Virus record (IMG/VR): IMGVR_UViG_3300042561_002062
Coordinates: 21,525 to 85,524 of that record
Reading direction: 5' to 3' (one strand)
DNA: 64,000 nt
DNA from: a virus
Lineage: Duplodnaviria > Heunggongvirae > Uroviricota > Caudoviricetes
Positions 1-10,300 of the stretch are shown in pieces; positions within the stretch are counted from its first letter, which is position 1, and each line of letters opens with the position of its first letter. Position numbers and translations under genes: made by a program. The notes beneath the pieces were generated by a model. The model worked only from the letters and a program-made list of their open reading frames with translations. It was not told the DNA's origin and did no database searches.

Positions 1-259
1 AAGCATCTAAAAGTCCGGTTATTGTATTTGTGCTTCCACACCCTGTTGTTGGGATTACTACAGAAACATCATTAGTAACTTTAGTATAACCAACTGCTGC
101 CATAGCACATGCTTGTTCATGATGGCAGAATACAGGTTTAATATTACTTTGGGCAATAGCATCATTCAAAAACATAGCCCCACCTCCTGTTACTTCAAAT
201 ACATGTTTAATATTTTTTTGTTCTAAAAATGATGCTACATAATCGGCCACTCTTACCAT
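1..259 (-). CDS. Thiamine-diphosphate-dependent enzyme (acetolactate synthase-like/YerE-like), N-terminal part; runs off the window
   Basis: Not in ORF track. Manual translation from ATG at 259: MVRVADYVASFLEQKNIKHVFEVTGGGAMFLNDA...CHHEQACAMAAVGY...TTGCGSTNTITGLLDA, the ThDP N-terminal HEQxAxxAA motif; overlaps stop of upstream gene. Confidence 0.9.
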   Translation of the reverse strand, partial: MVRVADYVASFLEQKNIKHVFEVTGGGAMFLNDAIAQSNIKPVFCHHEQACAMAAVGYTKVTNDVSVVIPTTGCGSTNTITGLLDA

Positions 260-1203
260 ATAAACTTATTTTTATAATAATCGACAATCTGTGGAAGTTC
301 ATTATCAAATTCTTTTTTTGGTTTCCATCCTAACTTTTGTAATTTAGAATCATCTAAAGCGTATCTAACATCTTGTCCTTGTCTTATATAAGAAAAATCA
401 ATATAATTATCCAACTCTTCTAAATTTTTATTGTCTAATATACAAATTTTTTTCACAGTTTCCAAATTATTTTGCTCAAATCCGCCACAAATATTATAAA
501 TTTCGTTTTTAACTCCTGCGTTTACAATTGTGATTATCGCATCAGCAGTATCTTGTGCGTGCAACCAATTTCGTATTGGTGTCCCACCATTATGTAGTGG
601 AACTTTTCTACCTAACTTTAGATATTTGCAAGTTTTTGGTATTAACTTTTCAACATACTGGCCAATACCGTAATTATTTGTAGGCCTTACTATGATATAT
701 GGTAATCCATATGTTCTTCCCCACGCCATAATTAACATATCAGCGGCTGCCTTTGTAGCCGAGTATGGGTTTGATGGTTTTAATAAATCTGTTTCAATAT
801 GCTCACCCTTTTCAATATCACCATAAACTTCATCGGTACTAAAATGTAATAATGTTGGTTTACTTATATTTTCTCCTCTATGATTTTTAATTAGTTCTAA
901 CAAATTATGAACTCCATTTATATTGGAGTGAATAAAATCATCACTGTTTGCTACTGAATTACCGACATGAGTTTCTGCCGCGGTATTTATTAAATAATCA
1001 CAATCGTATAAAAATTTCAAATCATTTATGTCACATTGAACAAATGAAAAATTTGGATATTTTTTAAATTGTGTTAATAAATCTCTATTTGCTGCATAAG
1101 TTATTTTATCCACACCTTTAACATACCAACCCAAATCTAAACAAGTTTTAGTTACATATGAACCTATGAAACCTAGACAACCCGTCACGTATACGATCCT
1201 CAT
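253..1203 (-). CDS. rfbB: NDP-glucose 4,6-dehydratase (extended SDR)
   Basis: VTGCLGFIGS (GxxGxxG), AAETHV, STDEVYG, PYSATK (YxxxK), RPTNNYG; likely start ATG 1203. Confidence 0.88.
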   Translation of the reverse strand: MRIVYVTGCLGFIGSYVTKTCLDLGWYVKGVDKITYAANRDLLTQFKKYPNFSFVQCDINDLKFLYDCDYLINTAAETHVGNSVANSDDFIHSNINGVHNLLELIKNHRGENISKPTLLHFSTDEVYGDIEKGEHIETDLLKPSNPYSATKAAADMLIMAWGRTYGLPYIIVRPTNNYGIGQYVEKLIPKTCKYLKLGRKVPLHNGGTPIRNWLHAQDTADAIITIVNAGVKNEIYNICGGFEQNNLETVKKICILDNKNLEELDNYIDFSYIRQGQDVRYALDDSKLQKLGWKPKKEFDNELPQIVDYYKNKFIW

Positions 1204-1256
1204 ATTTATTCTATTCACGAAAATTATATAAGTTTTACATTTTGTATCGTATATTT

Positions 1257-2025
1257 TCAGTAATCATGATAATGGATGTGTTTATCTATTTGTTCAAATT
1301 TTATTTGAGGATTCAACATCAAAGAATATCCGGAAACATTACTAGATGTGACAATTATCTCTTCACATCTAGATAGTGAAATAGCCTCTATCATAATTTC
1401 TTCTGCTAGTCCGTCGATATTTTCTAAATGTTTGTAGTGTATCGGATTTTCATCATCACTTCTATAAATATTTTCATTTAACATTATTAGATCTCCATAT
1501 TTTGATACAAATTCTTTTACTACTTTATTCTCATCGGTAATAAGTAAAATATTTTTATAATTATTTTCTTGAAGTTTATTATCAATTACTTTATAATAAA
1601 AATCGTTATCTAAAAATTCTCCGTGTAGATGATGATCTGTTCTTCTTACATGAACTCCTAGTGAATTTTCTCTAGATATACATAACTCACTACATTTTTT
1701 ACATACAGCATTGTCAAAATGACCATATTTTATTAATATTTTATTTAGTGTCTTGCATAATTCAATATTATGAATAAACTCATAGATATTCCCTACTTTC
1801 ATAGTATCTATATTAATAATATCTTCTGGATTGTGGTTGTCTATGGGTTTTTGGTTGAAAAAAAATTTGTCGAAAAGATTTTTATTATCAGTTTGGTATA
1901 ATATATTATTCCATTTTATGTAAAAATCAACTATTGAGTTATCTTCCAACCATTTAAGACAACCAACAATTATATTGAAACTGGAAAAATCCACATTCTC
2001 TATTTTGTTCAAAAAAATATTTCAT
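1257..2025 (-). pseudogene. NodZ/FUT8-like (GT23) fucosyltransferase, apparently frameshifted near its 5' end
   Basis: GVHVRRTD motif in the long frame; ATG at 2025 directly follows the upstream TAA and reads MKYFFEQNRECGFF, but the conserved continuation SSFNIIVGCL lies in another frame after a T5 tract (1985-1989). Confidence 0.65.
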
Positions 2026-2712
2026 TTAAAGTAAGAATTTTTGGAAATTATTAGTAATTATGTCGACTCTGTCTAGATTGGTGATGCCTGTAAAATGTGC
2101 TAAAAAAGAATTTTCGTTCCATGGAAAAGTAATCGACGGACGACCCTGCCAAATTCCAGTTTCACTAACATAATTAGGAACAGAATTCAAATATTTGTGT
2201 TCTAAAATTTTGAAGTATTTAGTAAACTCGGGTAGGGAAAACATGTCATTCAATACTCCCTGTTCTTGCACATCACTATTCAATTGGTTTTGTGAAATAT
2301 CTAGAAAGCTTTTTCTAAGAAATTCATTATCTTCGCTAGATTTCAATATAAAATTTCCAGAGCTGAAACATATATGATTATGCCCTGGTCCAGTGAACCA
2401 ATCATAAGAGAAGAAAAAATTTTCTTCACCTTTTACAAAATCATTTATATTATAACTGTCATTAGTAATTATGGAATCACCATCTATCCACATAACATAA
2501 TCATAATGACTGAGTAGTTCCATTGCGTGGAGGAATCTTGAAAATCCAATATGTCTATCGTCCATACCATACTGAGAGTAAACTTTGAATGAATTAATCA
2601 ATAAGAAGTCATAATTCCATTTTTTTGCGTAATTCAATTTAGAAGGAATCGTTAGATTGAAAACATCTTTCATTTTTTCATCAGCGCCCGTAAAGACCAA
2701 TACTTTTTTCAT
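2026..2712 (-). CDS. GT34 (GMA12/MNN10)-like glycosyltransferase
   Basis: YAKKWNYDF, WIDGDS (DxD), SGNFIL, EQGVLN, FLAHFTG. Confidence 0.75.
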   Translation of the reverse strand: MKKVLVFTGADEKMKDVFNLTIPSKLNYAKKWNYDFLLINSFKVYSQYGMDDRHIGFSRFLHAMELLSHYDYVMWIDGDSIITNDSYNINDFVKGEENFFFSYDWFTGPGHNHICFSSGNFILKSSEDNEFLRKSFLDISQNQLNSDVQEQGVLNDMFSLPEFTKYFKILEHKYLNSVPNYVSETGIWQGRPSITFPWNENSFLAHFTGITNLDRVDIITNNFQKFLL

Positions 2713-2734
2713 TTTTTGTTTTTATTATTTTTTT

Positions 2735-4408
2735 TTATTTGATTAAATGCCTCAAATACTTATCAAAATATATATCATTATTCCAATACCAAGACAATGC
2801 AGTATTGAAGTTATTTTCAATATACTCTTGTTTAGATCTGTAAAGATTATAGTCTAGACCTTTAATTATATCCAATAATTCTTCCAGAGTTTCAAAAATA
2901 ATTATTCCACGAATATCGAAAAATTCTTCTATATTTGGACAACCTTTGTATATGGGTATAGTTCCTGTGAGAAAACAATCTAAAATTTTTTCTGTAAATA
3001 AGTTTTTGTGTGAACCGTTTTCTATAGCAATTGAAAATGAGTAATCCTTCAATCCATCTAATTTAGCTCTAACTTCATTGTATCCAACACCGAATAAATC
3101 AACTTTCATATGGTTATCGGATAAAAAATTTACACAATTTACCCTAAATCTATGAAAATCAGTGTTTGATTTATTACTAGTAATAAAAGATACTAATTTG
3201 TTTTTAGAATATAGTGAATAAAGATTTTCATCAGCTAGATTTGGCCACCCATCTACATAATGAACACAGTGATTATAATACCAATGAATAGGCCACTCTG
3301 TTTTATGTACATTTTTGTTTAGAACTACTTCACCCCCTAAGTTCCTAAATTTTGCGTTTGGTAACTGGAGAAGACTTTCGTCATATGTCAATATCAAATC
3401 AAACTTTTTATAATTTTTCTTCACTAAATTATAAACTTCAAGTTGGTCAAATAGGTATGGTGGTTCGTGTATATCTGCAACTATTTTCCCTCTTTTGATG
3501 ATTATTTCTCCATTGAGATATTTGAGTATGTTAGAATCTTCTAATACAGTTAGATCAAACTCACCATCAGAGAGATTATATACATAAGAAAATTTTTTTG
3601 GAATACTATTAGCTTCTCTAAAAGTAAAGCTGTTAACTTGGGGAACTTTTTCCCCGGAAAAATCTTCTTTGTAGTGTTTTTTATTTCTGATCTCTAGTTC
3701 GTATACCATATTATCAGAAGTTTCTCTTTCTAGTGTTCTCTCATTTACATTTGGTAGTCGATTTAGCACATATGTGGGAAAATTAACAACACCTATCTTT
3801 TCTTTTTTACACATTTCTAAAAGTGGATAAACAATTGCTAAATCAATAGCGTGTGTGAACCATTTTCCGTTTTTTTTAGAAATCAGATCTACTAGGTTTA
3901 ATTTCTTTATTAGAAATCCTCTTGACGTAAATAGATGACTGGCTCGCCAAACATCTCTTCTATACAATTTATATTCGTGAACAAAATCTGGATAGCATGT
4001 ATTTTGAGGATGTCCCTCCTTCAGATCGTATGATTCATCCTGTATATAATATTTACCATATGTTAACCAATAATCATTAAGATTGTAAAAATTATTTAAG
4101 TTTTCTAATACTTTTTCATCATAAAGCCAATCATCTCCACATACAGCCATATAGATATCATTATCATCTAAATATTCAAAAAAACTTAAAATTCCATAAG
4201 GATATGTATTTTCTGTTTTTTTTATAATCGTGAACTTAGGATTGTTACCCACTAAATTTTTTACTATTTCATAAGTATTATCCGTAGATGCATCATCTAA
4301 ATAATAAACATGGTAGTTCTGATAGGTCTGTGAAATTAAACTAGACAAATTATATTCAACCCAATCTTGATTGTTATAGGATGGCACAAGTATTTTAAAA
4401 AAGTTCAT
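2735..4408 (-). CDS. Fused glycosyltransferase: N-terminal GT2, C-terminal GT10 (alpha-1,3-fucosyltransferase-like)
   Basis: VPSYN...DDASTD...GDDW; C-terminal YSFSIAIEN...TEKILDCFLTGTIPIYKG. Confidence 0.8.
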   Translation of the reverse strand: MNFFKILVPSYNNQDWVEYNLSSLISQTYQNYHVYYLDDASTDNTYEIVKNLVGNNPKFTIIKKTENTYPYGILSFFEYLDDNDIYMAVCGDDWLYDEKVLENLNNFYNLNDYWLTYGKYYIQDESYDLKEGHPQNTCYPDFVHEYKLYRRDVWRASHLFTSRGFLIKKLNLVDLISKKNGKWFTHAIDLAIVYPLLEMCKKEKIGVVNFPTYVLNRLPNVNERTLERETSDNMVYELEIRNKKHYKEDFSGEKVPQVNSFTFREANSIPKKFSYVYNLSDGEFDLTVLEDSNILKYLNGEIIIKRGKIVADIHEPPYLFDQLEVYNLVKKNYKKFDLILTYDESLLQLPNAKFRNLGGEVVLNKNVHKTEWPIHWYYNHCVHYVDGWPNLADENLYSLYSKNKLVSFITSNKSNTDFHRFRVNCVNFLSDNHMKVDLFGVGYNEVRAKLDGLKDYSFSIAIENGSHKNLFTEKILDCFLTGTIPIYKGCPNIEEFFDIRGIIIFETLEELLDIIKGLDYNLYRSKQEYIENNFNTALSWYWNNDIYFDKYLRHLIK

Positions 4409-4422
4409 TTCCTGTAAAATTT

Positions 4423-5571
4423 CTACTTAACAAAAAATTCTTTTATCTTATCACAAACATAATCTACATCTTCGGTTGTCATACCGTGATGTGCTCCCAA
4501 TAAAAATCCATTTTTCATAATAGTATCTGAATTTTGGAATGGTTGTAAATATTCTCTATAGACTGGATGGCGGGTTACATTCCCCGCAAAGGTTACTCTT
4601 GTTTGAATATTATTATCTTCTAAAAAGTGAAGCAACTCATATCTCTTTTCAGTTTGTAGCGGGATTGCTAACCAATTTGGTTTAATACTATCATCCGGTA
4701 GCAATATTTCCTCTACATCTTTCAGATTTTCCAAATATCTTTCAATATTATCTCTTCTGATTTTTTCAAACTCACTAAACCTATCTAATTGAACAAGTCC
4801 AAATGCAGCATTCATTTCTGATGATTTCATATTATAACCTAATACACCGTATAAAAATTTATAATCGTATGGTATTCCATCAACATTATGATTGAATCTA
4901 TCTGACATCTCTTCTGAGTTATCACCAATCCTGCCCCAATCTCTAAATTGTAAGCAAGTATTACGATGTTTTTCTTCATTAAACATCACCATACCACCTG
5001 ATCCTCCGGCAGTAATAACGTGTGACGCATAAAAGCTTGTAGTAGCAATATCCGTTTCTGGTGTGTGGGTAACTGTATCTGCTGAATCTTCAATTAAGAT
5101 AATATCCTCTCTACCCATAGCAATTAAACCTTCTTTGATTTTTTTCCAATCAGGCTTATTACCAATTAAATTAGGTAACATCAGAACTTTAACATCATCG
5201 GTTATTACACCTAACACCTCATCTACATTTACTACATAAGTATTCAAATCAACATCTACAAATACTGGCACTAAACCCAACTGGATTATTGGTGCAAGAG
5301 TTGTTGAAAAAGTACAAGCAGGTGTAACCACTTTAGTTCCTTTTGGAAGGAGTAAACTTGCCAAAGCAAGCAAACATGCTGATGAGCCTGAGTTTACAAA
5401 AACACCATATTTTTTTCCAAAATGTTTTGAAATCCGTTGTTCAAATTCAATTGACTTTGGACCAAATCCTGCTAACCAACCAGATCGTAGGCAATCAACT
5501 ACTGCTTGAATTTCTTGTTCCCCATACGATTCAAATTTGTTGGGTGCATACCATACTTTTTTCCTATTCAT
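4423..5571 (-). CDS. DegT/DnrJ family PLP/PMP enzyme, His-type (DdhC/RfbH/ColD-like 3-dehydratase)
   Basis: VNSGSSA, EDSAD, SFYASHVITAGGSGG with His at the Schiff-base Lys position, GYNMK. Confidence 0.85.
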   Translation of the reverse strand: MNRKKVWYAPNKFESYGEQEIQAVVDCLRSGWLAGFGPKSIEFEQRISKHFGKKYGVFVNSGSSACLLALASLLLPKGTKVVTPACTFSTTLAPIIQLGLVPVFVDVDLNTYVVNVDEVLGVITDDVKVLMLPNLIGNKPDWKKIKEGLIAMGREDIILIEDSADTVTHTPETDIATTSFYASHVITAGGSGGMVMFNEEKHRNTCLQFRDWGRIGDNSEEMSDRFNHNVDGIPYDYKFLYGVLGYNMKSSEMNAAFGLVQLDRFSEFEKIRRDNIERYLENLKDVEEILLPDDSIKPNWLAIPLQTEKRYELLHFLEDNNIQTRVTFAGNVTRHPVYREYLQPFQNSDTIMKNGFLLGAHHGMTTEDVDYVCDKIKEFFVK

Positions 5572-5587
5572 TTCATCATATTTATTT

Positions 5588-6148
5588 TCAATGTCTGACT
5601 TTATATAAAATCTCTTTGGCGACTGTGTAATTTTTAGTTAGATTTTTCATTTTTTCTAGAAAAAAATAGTCTTCTCCTCTGATACTATTATCAAAAAATA
5701 TTTTGCTTAATTTTTTTTGATTATAACAAAATGAAATTCCAACACGCTCCCAAATTATTTCATCACTTTCAAGAGGTGGCATTATAATACCATCAGAAAA
5801 AATCATTCGCCAAACAACAAAATCATAATCAAGATATTCATCAGATAAAGTTTGAACATAATTCCTATCTAGGGTATCATCATCATCTAAAAAACCAATC
5901 CAATCTGTATTACAGAGAGCAATTCCAATATTTCTGACTAGTCCTGATTCGCCACCATAGTTAGCCATACTACCTAATTTTTTAGAATCTATTGTTTGTA
6001 TACGTGGATCAGAAAAAGATATACCACTAACACCATCATAAACTATAATACATCTCCAATCTTCATTAGTTTGATTAAGTAGTGATTCTACAGAAGTAGA
6101 TAGAGTGTCTCTGTTTAGTGATGGTATTATAAAAGTGATTAGTGACAT
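5588..6148 (-). CDS. GT2 family glycosyltransferase
   Basis: IIPSLNR, IVYDG, RNIGI, GFLDDDD, GEDY. Confidence 0.8.
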   Translation of the reverse strand: MSLITFIIPSLNRDTLSTSVESLLNQTNEDWRCIIVYDGVSGISFSDPRIQTIDSKKLGSMANYGGESGLVRNIGIALCNTDWIGFLDDDDTLDRNYVQTLSDEYLDYDFVVWRMIFSDGIIMPPLESDEIIWERVGISFCYNQKKLSKIFFDNSIRGEDYFFLEKMKNLTKNYTVAKEILYKVRH

Positions 6149-6235
6149 GTAGATTATATTGTTTTTTTGAGTTTTAGTTTTTCATTTCATTTTTTCATTC
6201 AAACAAAATCAACAAAAAATAATAAAATAGCACAG

Positions 6236-7318
6236 ATGAAATTCGCACTAATTTTAGATAGTTATCCCTCGCGCGAAGAGGATCAAGATATACTACTAAA
6301 AAATATAACTACATTAAAATCTCAAAATATTGACGTTTTTCTTACTAGTCATCATAGATGTAATAGCGAAATAATAGAAAAATGTGATTATTTTTTATTT
6401 GAGAAATGTAATCAGTATTATTTTCATGATTCGCACATTATAAATGAAAATATAGAAGGTATAACTGATCCTATTTTTCAAAAATATTTGAATATTTGGG
6501 ATCTAATTTTTTTAGACAGAGTAATTTTTACTGGTTGGTCGGTAAGTATATTTTCTCAATTTTCATCTGCTATAAATTTCTTGATGAATAAAGGGTATAA
6601 TTACGCCTTTTATTTGGTGGGTGATTGCTTAATACCAGAAAATTTCGGGGAAAAACTAGAAAAAATTTTAGAACAATCTATCGAATACGATAATTACTTC
6701 ATAAAAAATTCTTCACAATTTTCAAATTGGTTTTTACCACACTTCTTCGGATTTTCTATTACTCAAAAATTAGCTAGCAAAATACCTAAAGAGGATTTTT
6801 CAGATAATAAAATATTCCAAAAGTATTACCCAAATCATTCATTTGAGGATATTATCTTGAAGTTATTCGGCCAAGATAAAAATAATATACAAAATCATGA
6901 AGTGATGAATGAAATATTTGGCCCGGGGAATTGGAATTTTTCTTCTGGATCTCCAAAAACTGATGATTTTTGTATTCATTACTATACTACGTCGTCTATT
7001 TATTGCTCAGAATCAGCCGAACAATTAATTTTATTACTTTATGTTTTTGCAGATTGTCCATTTGATACTATAGATTTTACAATTAGCATCTCTGATAAAA
7101 ATAACGTAGTCATATATAACAAAAAAATTAACTTAAGTAAAGGCGTTTGGTATATGGAAAATCTAGATCATATATTTAACAATCTTGAATCTATTACCTT
7201 CGATAAAAAACTAGTGGTTGTAGACAATTCTACTATACCATACACAGACACATTCAACATAGAAAAGAAAAATATAGATAAATATTCCATCTTGAAAAGA
7301 TTTGTAAAAAATATCTGA
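6236..7318 (+). CDS. Hypothetical protein of glycan cluster with C-terminal beta-rich module
   Basis: Long ORF, probable start ATG 6236; no catalytic motif recognised. Confidence 0.6.
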   Translation: MKFALILDSYPSREEDQDILLKNITTLKSQNIDVFLTSHHRCNSEIIEKCDYFLFEKCNQYYFHDSHIINENIEGITDPIFQKYLNIWDLIFLDRVIFTGWSVSIFSQFSSAINFLMNKGYNYAFYLVGDCLIPENFGEKLEKILEQSIEYDNYFIKNSSQFSNWFLPHFFGFSITQKLASKIPKEDFSDNKIFQKYYPNHSFEDIILKLFGQDKNNIQNHEVMNEIFGPGNWNFSSGSPKTDDFCIHYYTTSSIYCSESAEQLILLLYVFADCPFDTIDFTISISDKNNVVIYNKKINLSKGVWYMENLDHIFNNLESITFDKKLVVVDNSTIPYTDTFNIEKKNIDKYSILKRFVKNI

Positions 7319-7350
7319 GATTTATAAACCAAAATAAAAAAATTTATCTA

Positions 7351-8262
7351 ATGATTACACTCGATTTTATTTTTCCCGAAAAAAACGGAATACAGTTTAC
7401 AAGTCATTTTACCGAACCACGACAATTGACTGCAAAATTTATAGATACCTATACACAATTGTGTTTCTGGGCTACAGAAATGGAAGTATATCCTTATGGT
7501 TCTTTCTTCATTTCTTATCCTAGAACTACTCAAATTATGACTTTTTTAGTAGAAGATAGTTTAACACATGAAATCTTTCTAAAAATATGTGATTTTACTG
7601 GTAGTTTTCCAAACGATATCAAAAAACTAGATATTTTTGGGAAATTAGAAAATATAGGTAAAAAAATATCAAACACTGATCTCTGGTCAGGACTCACTTT
7701 GTATGAAATTTTTTTAGAAAATGCGTATGAACATCCACTCTGCAAAATAAGTGATGGTGATGTTGTGGTGGATATAGGCGCAAATTTAGGCCTATTTTCT
7801 TATTGGAGCATTCTCAGTGGCGCGTCTGTTGTGCATTCTTTCGAGCCTACACCATTTTTATCGAAAGTTATCAGAGAGACGTTTGAGGATTTACCCATTG
7901 ATAGTCACAATCTTGCAGTGTGGTCTAATGAGAAATTACTCACGCTCAATACTAGTAGAATTTCGATATTTAATTCAATCTATGTATCCGTAAATAATCA
8001 AGTTGAATCGATTGAATGTCAGGGTGTCATATTAGAAAATTGGGCTAGAGAATCAGATATAAAAATAGATTTTTTGAAAATAGATTGTGAGGGATGCGAA
8101 TGGGAAATTTTACCAACTATGAATCCTGAATTTTTACAATCTATCTCTAAAATAGTATTGGAATATCATATACACCAGCCCGATAAGTTACTGGAAATTT
8201 TTTCAGATAATGGTTTTACTACAGAACACAATCATAATATGATCTGGGCTTGGCGTGAATAA
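7351..8262 (+). CDS. FkbM-family methyltransferase with N-terminal accessory domain
   Basis: VVDIGANLGLFS, SFEP, FLKIDCEGCE. Confidence 0.88.
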   Translation: MITLDFIFPEKNGIQFTSHFTEPRQLTAKFIDTYTQLCFWATEMEVYPYGSFFISYPRTTQIMTFLVEDSLTHEIFLKICDFTGSFPNDIKKLDIFGKLENIGKKISNTDLWSGLTLYEIFLENAYEHPLCKISDGDVVVDIGANLGLFSYWSILSGASVVHSFEPTPFLSKVIRETFEDLPIDSHNLAVWSNEKLLTLNTSRISIFNSIYVSVNNQVESIECQGVILENWARESDIKIDFLKIDCEGCEWEILPTMNPEFLQSISKIVLEYHIHQPDKLLEIFSDNGFTTEHNHNMIWAWRE

Positions 8263-8324
8263 GAACTAATCAACTCCCTTCACATATAATGTTACACAAT
8301 AAGAGTAGATCACACACCGAAAGG

Positions 8325-8332
8325 TATAAATA
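8325..8332 (+). promoter_or_regulatory. T4-type late promoter-like TATAAATA
   Basis: Exact T4 late consensus 13 nt upstream of ATG 8346; exact copies also at 21715-21722 (-) and 27969-27976 (+). Confidence 0.45.
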
Positions 8333-8345
8333 ATTGGTTGAATAC

Positions 8346-8810
8346 ATGAAAAAACATCAAATAATTCTATCAAAAAATCTTCTAAGAGAAATAACTAAAG
8401 ATGATCTAGATCTTTTGAGAACACAGAAAAACTTGAACAAAAAGTCTTTTTTCTATCAGGATGATATCACACCAGAGGATCAAATAAGTTGGTATGAAAA
8501 ATATTTAGAAAGACCGGAAGACTGGATGATGCTTTCTCATCATGAAAATAGTACTATTTGGGGTATTATGGGTTGTAGAAAATTAGACGAACAAACATTG
8601 GACTTTTATAATATTATCAGGGTTAAGAATATCGAAAAAACCTCTATGAAAAATGTTTTTTTAGAATTTGTTGAATATATGAAACTTCTGTATATAGATC
8701 ATAATATTCAAGTTGAAGTTTTGTCAAATAATCCAGCAATTAGTTGGTATGAAAAATGTGGATTCAAGAAAACAAAAATCTTAGAAAGTAGTGTTATCAT
8801 GAATTTTTAG
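8346..8810 (+). CDS. GNAT-family N-acetyltransferase (PseH-like)
   Basis: FFYQDDITPEDQISWY, EVLSNNPAISWYEKCGF. Confidence 0.75.
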   Translation: MKKHQIILSKNLLREITKDDLDLLRTQKNLNKKSFFYQDDITPEDQISWYEKYLERPEDWMMLSHHENSTIWGIMGCRKLDEQTLDFYNIIRVKNIEKTSMKNVFLEFVEYMKLLYIDHNIQVEVLSNNPAISWYEKCGFKKTKILESSVIMNF

Positions 8811-8821
8811 ATATATAATTT

Positions 8822-9622
8822 ATGAGATTTACTTTACTTTTAACTTTATTGTTCTTATCTAGTTGTCAAGTTCTTCGTAGAATGAGAGATACTAAGAGTA
8901 TAATAAAAATAGATAATCAAGATAATAATTTTGTTTTTGATGCCATACAAAGAGATCCTATACACGAACAGACAAGAAATATTATTTACGACACTATATC
9001 TTCGATGCCCAGCTTTAGAAGATTGCAAATAGAAGATAATCATAATAATTCTGTAAATCTGATAAGACAAAAATCACTCGTTGTAGAAAATAAACAAAAT
9101 AAAAGAAATACCACTACATCAGGTGGCCAAATAATCTATTCTGTTCCTGATACTATGCAAGTTGCTAAAAACTATCAAGTATTGGTAAGAATCTCATCTT
9201 GTCAAAAAAATATAGAAATAGAAGAGAATATTTCGGGTAGGGTAGTTAGAAAATCAATCAAAACTTCTGCTAGAATGCAAGTGGAACTAGTAGATCCGAA
9301 CGAGGGTGTTTTCATAATAAAACCAATCACTACACAGAAACAAATTATTGATAGTTCTTTTACAGAGTGGAGATGGAGTGTCTTGCCGAAAAAATCAGGT
9401 GACTATAGCCTGGATCTAGTTGTATCAATAATAATCGGTGATGATGTGAAACAAACAGTTCTTTCTGATAGAATATGGATAAGATCGAATACCTCGGCTG
9501 TTGTAAAAAACTTCTGGTATGAAAATTGGAAGTGGTCTTTCGAAAAAATACTAATACCATTTATCGTATGGATCTCTGGGATATTCATTGGAAAAAAACT
9601 TAATGCTAAAAAAATAATATAA
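8822..9622 (+). CDS. Lipoprotein with C-terminal transmembrane helix
   Basis: Signal/lipobox LLFLSSC; C-terminal hydrophobic ILIPFIVWISGIFIG then basic tail. Confidence 0.6.
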   Translation: MRFTLLLTLLFLSSCQVLRRMRDTKSIIKIDNQDNNFVFDAIQRDPIHEQTRNIIYDTISSMPSFRRLQIEDNHNNSVNLIRQKSLVVENKQNKRNTTTSGGQIIYSVPDTMQVAKNYQVLVRISSCQKNIEIEENISGRVVRKSIKTSARMQVELVDPNEGVFIIKPITTQKQIIDSSFTEWRWSVLPKKSGDYSLDLVVSIIIGDDVKQTVLSDRIWIRSNTSAVVKNFWYENWKWSFEKILIPFIVWISGIFIGKKLNAKKII

Positions 9623-9628
9623 AAAAGA

Positions 9629-10300
9629 GTGAAAAAGATAAAACTAGTTCATATACTCACCGACATCTCCAGTGAAAGAGAAAGAGCTTCTATCGATCAC
9701 TTGATGTGTGTAGAAGATTATGGTATAAAATATAACCCTCGTGTAAATGAAATATACCAAGGTGATGAGTGGTTGGATGTAGTTCCGATAACTGGTGGAG
9801 ATCCATCTCTTTATAAAAAAGGTCATTACGGGGCTTTTCAATCATTCAAATCTGCTTTTTTAGAAGAATTTACCGAAGATTTAGATGCTATAGTATTATG
9901 TGAATGTGATTGTATCCTATCGGTATCAACTGAAGATTTTGTTGGGATTGTCAATAGAGGTATTGATTTTTGCAATAAACATTCAATCAAATATCTTTCA
10001 CTTGGAAATACGCATGTAGGGGGTGAAATACAATCAATTGTTTATGATCTAGATGATGAGTTTGAAGAGTTTCAAATAACTACAAAAGTTATATTAGCAC
10101 ACTGTGTTGTTATACCACGTCACGCACTTGAATATTTTACCTTCTGTTTTAATAACTATTCGTGGGAATCTCCCGATATATGGTTTAACGAGGCTATTTG
10201 GCGTTCAGGAGTTTCATCTCATGCTATAATAAAAAAACCCGTGGCTTTTCAGCACGCGGGTTTTTCTCTAATCGATCAAACTTGGAAAGATTTACAATAG
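9629..10300 (+). CDS. Glycosyltransferase-like protein (GT25-like)
   Basis: GHYGAFQSF, CECDC, AHCVVI, DIWFN, AFQHAGFSLID. Confidence 0.5.
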   Translation: MKKIKLVHILTDISSERERASIDHLMCVEDYGIKYNPRVNEIYQGDEWLDVVPITGGDPSLYKKGHYGAFQSFKSAFLEEFTEDLDAIVLCECDCILSVSTEDFVGIVNRGIDFCNKHSIKYLSLGNTHVGGEIQSIVYDLDDEFEEFQITTKVILAHCVVIPRHALEYFTFCFNNYSWESPDIWFNEAIWRSGVSSHAIIKKPVAFQHAGFSLIDQTWKDLQ

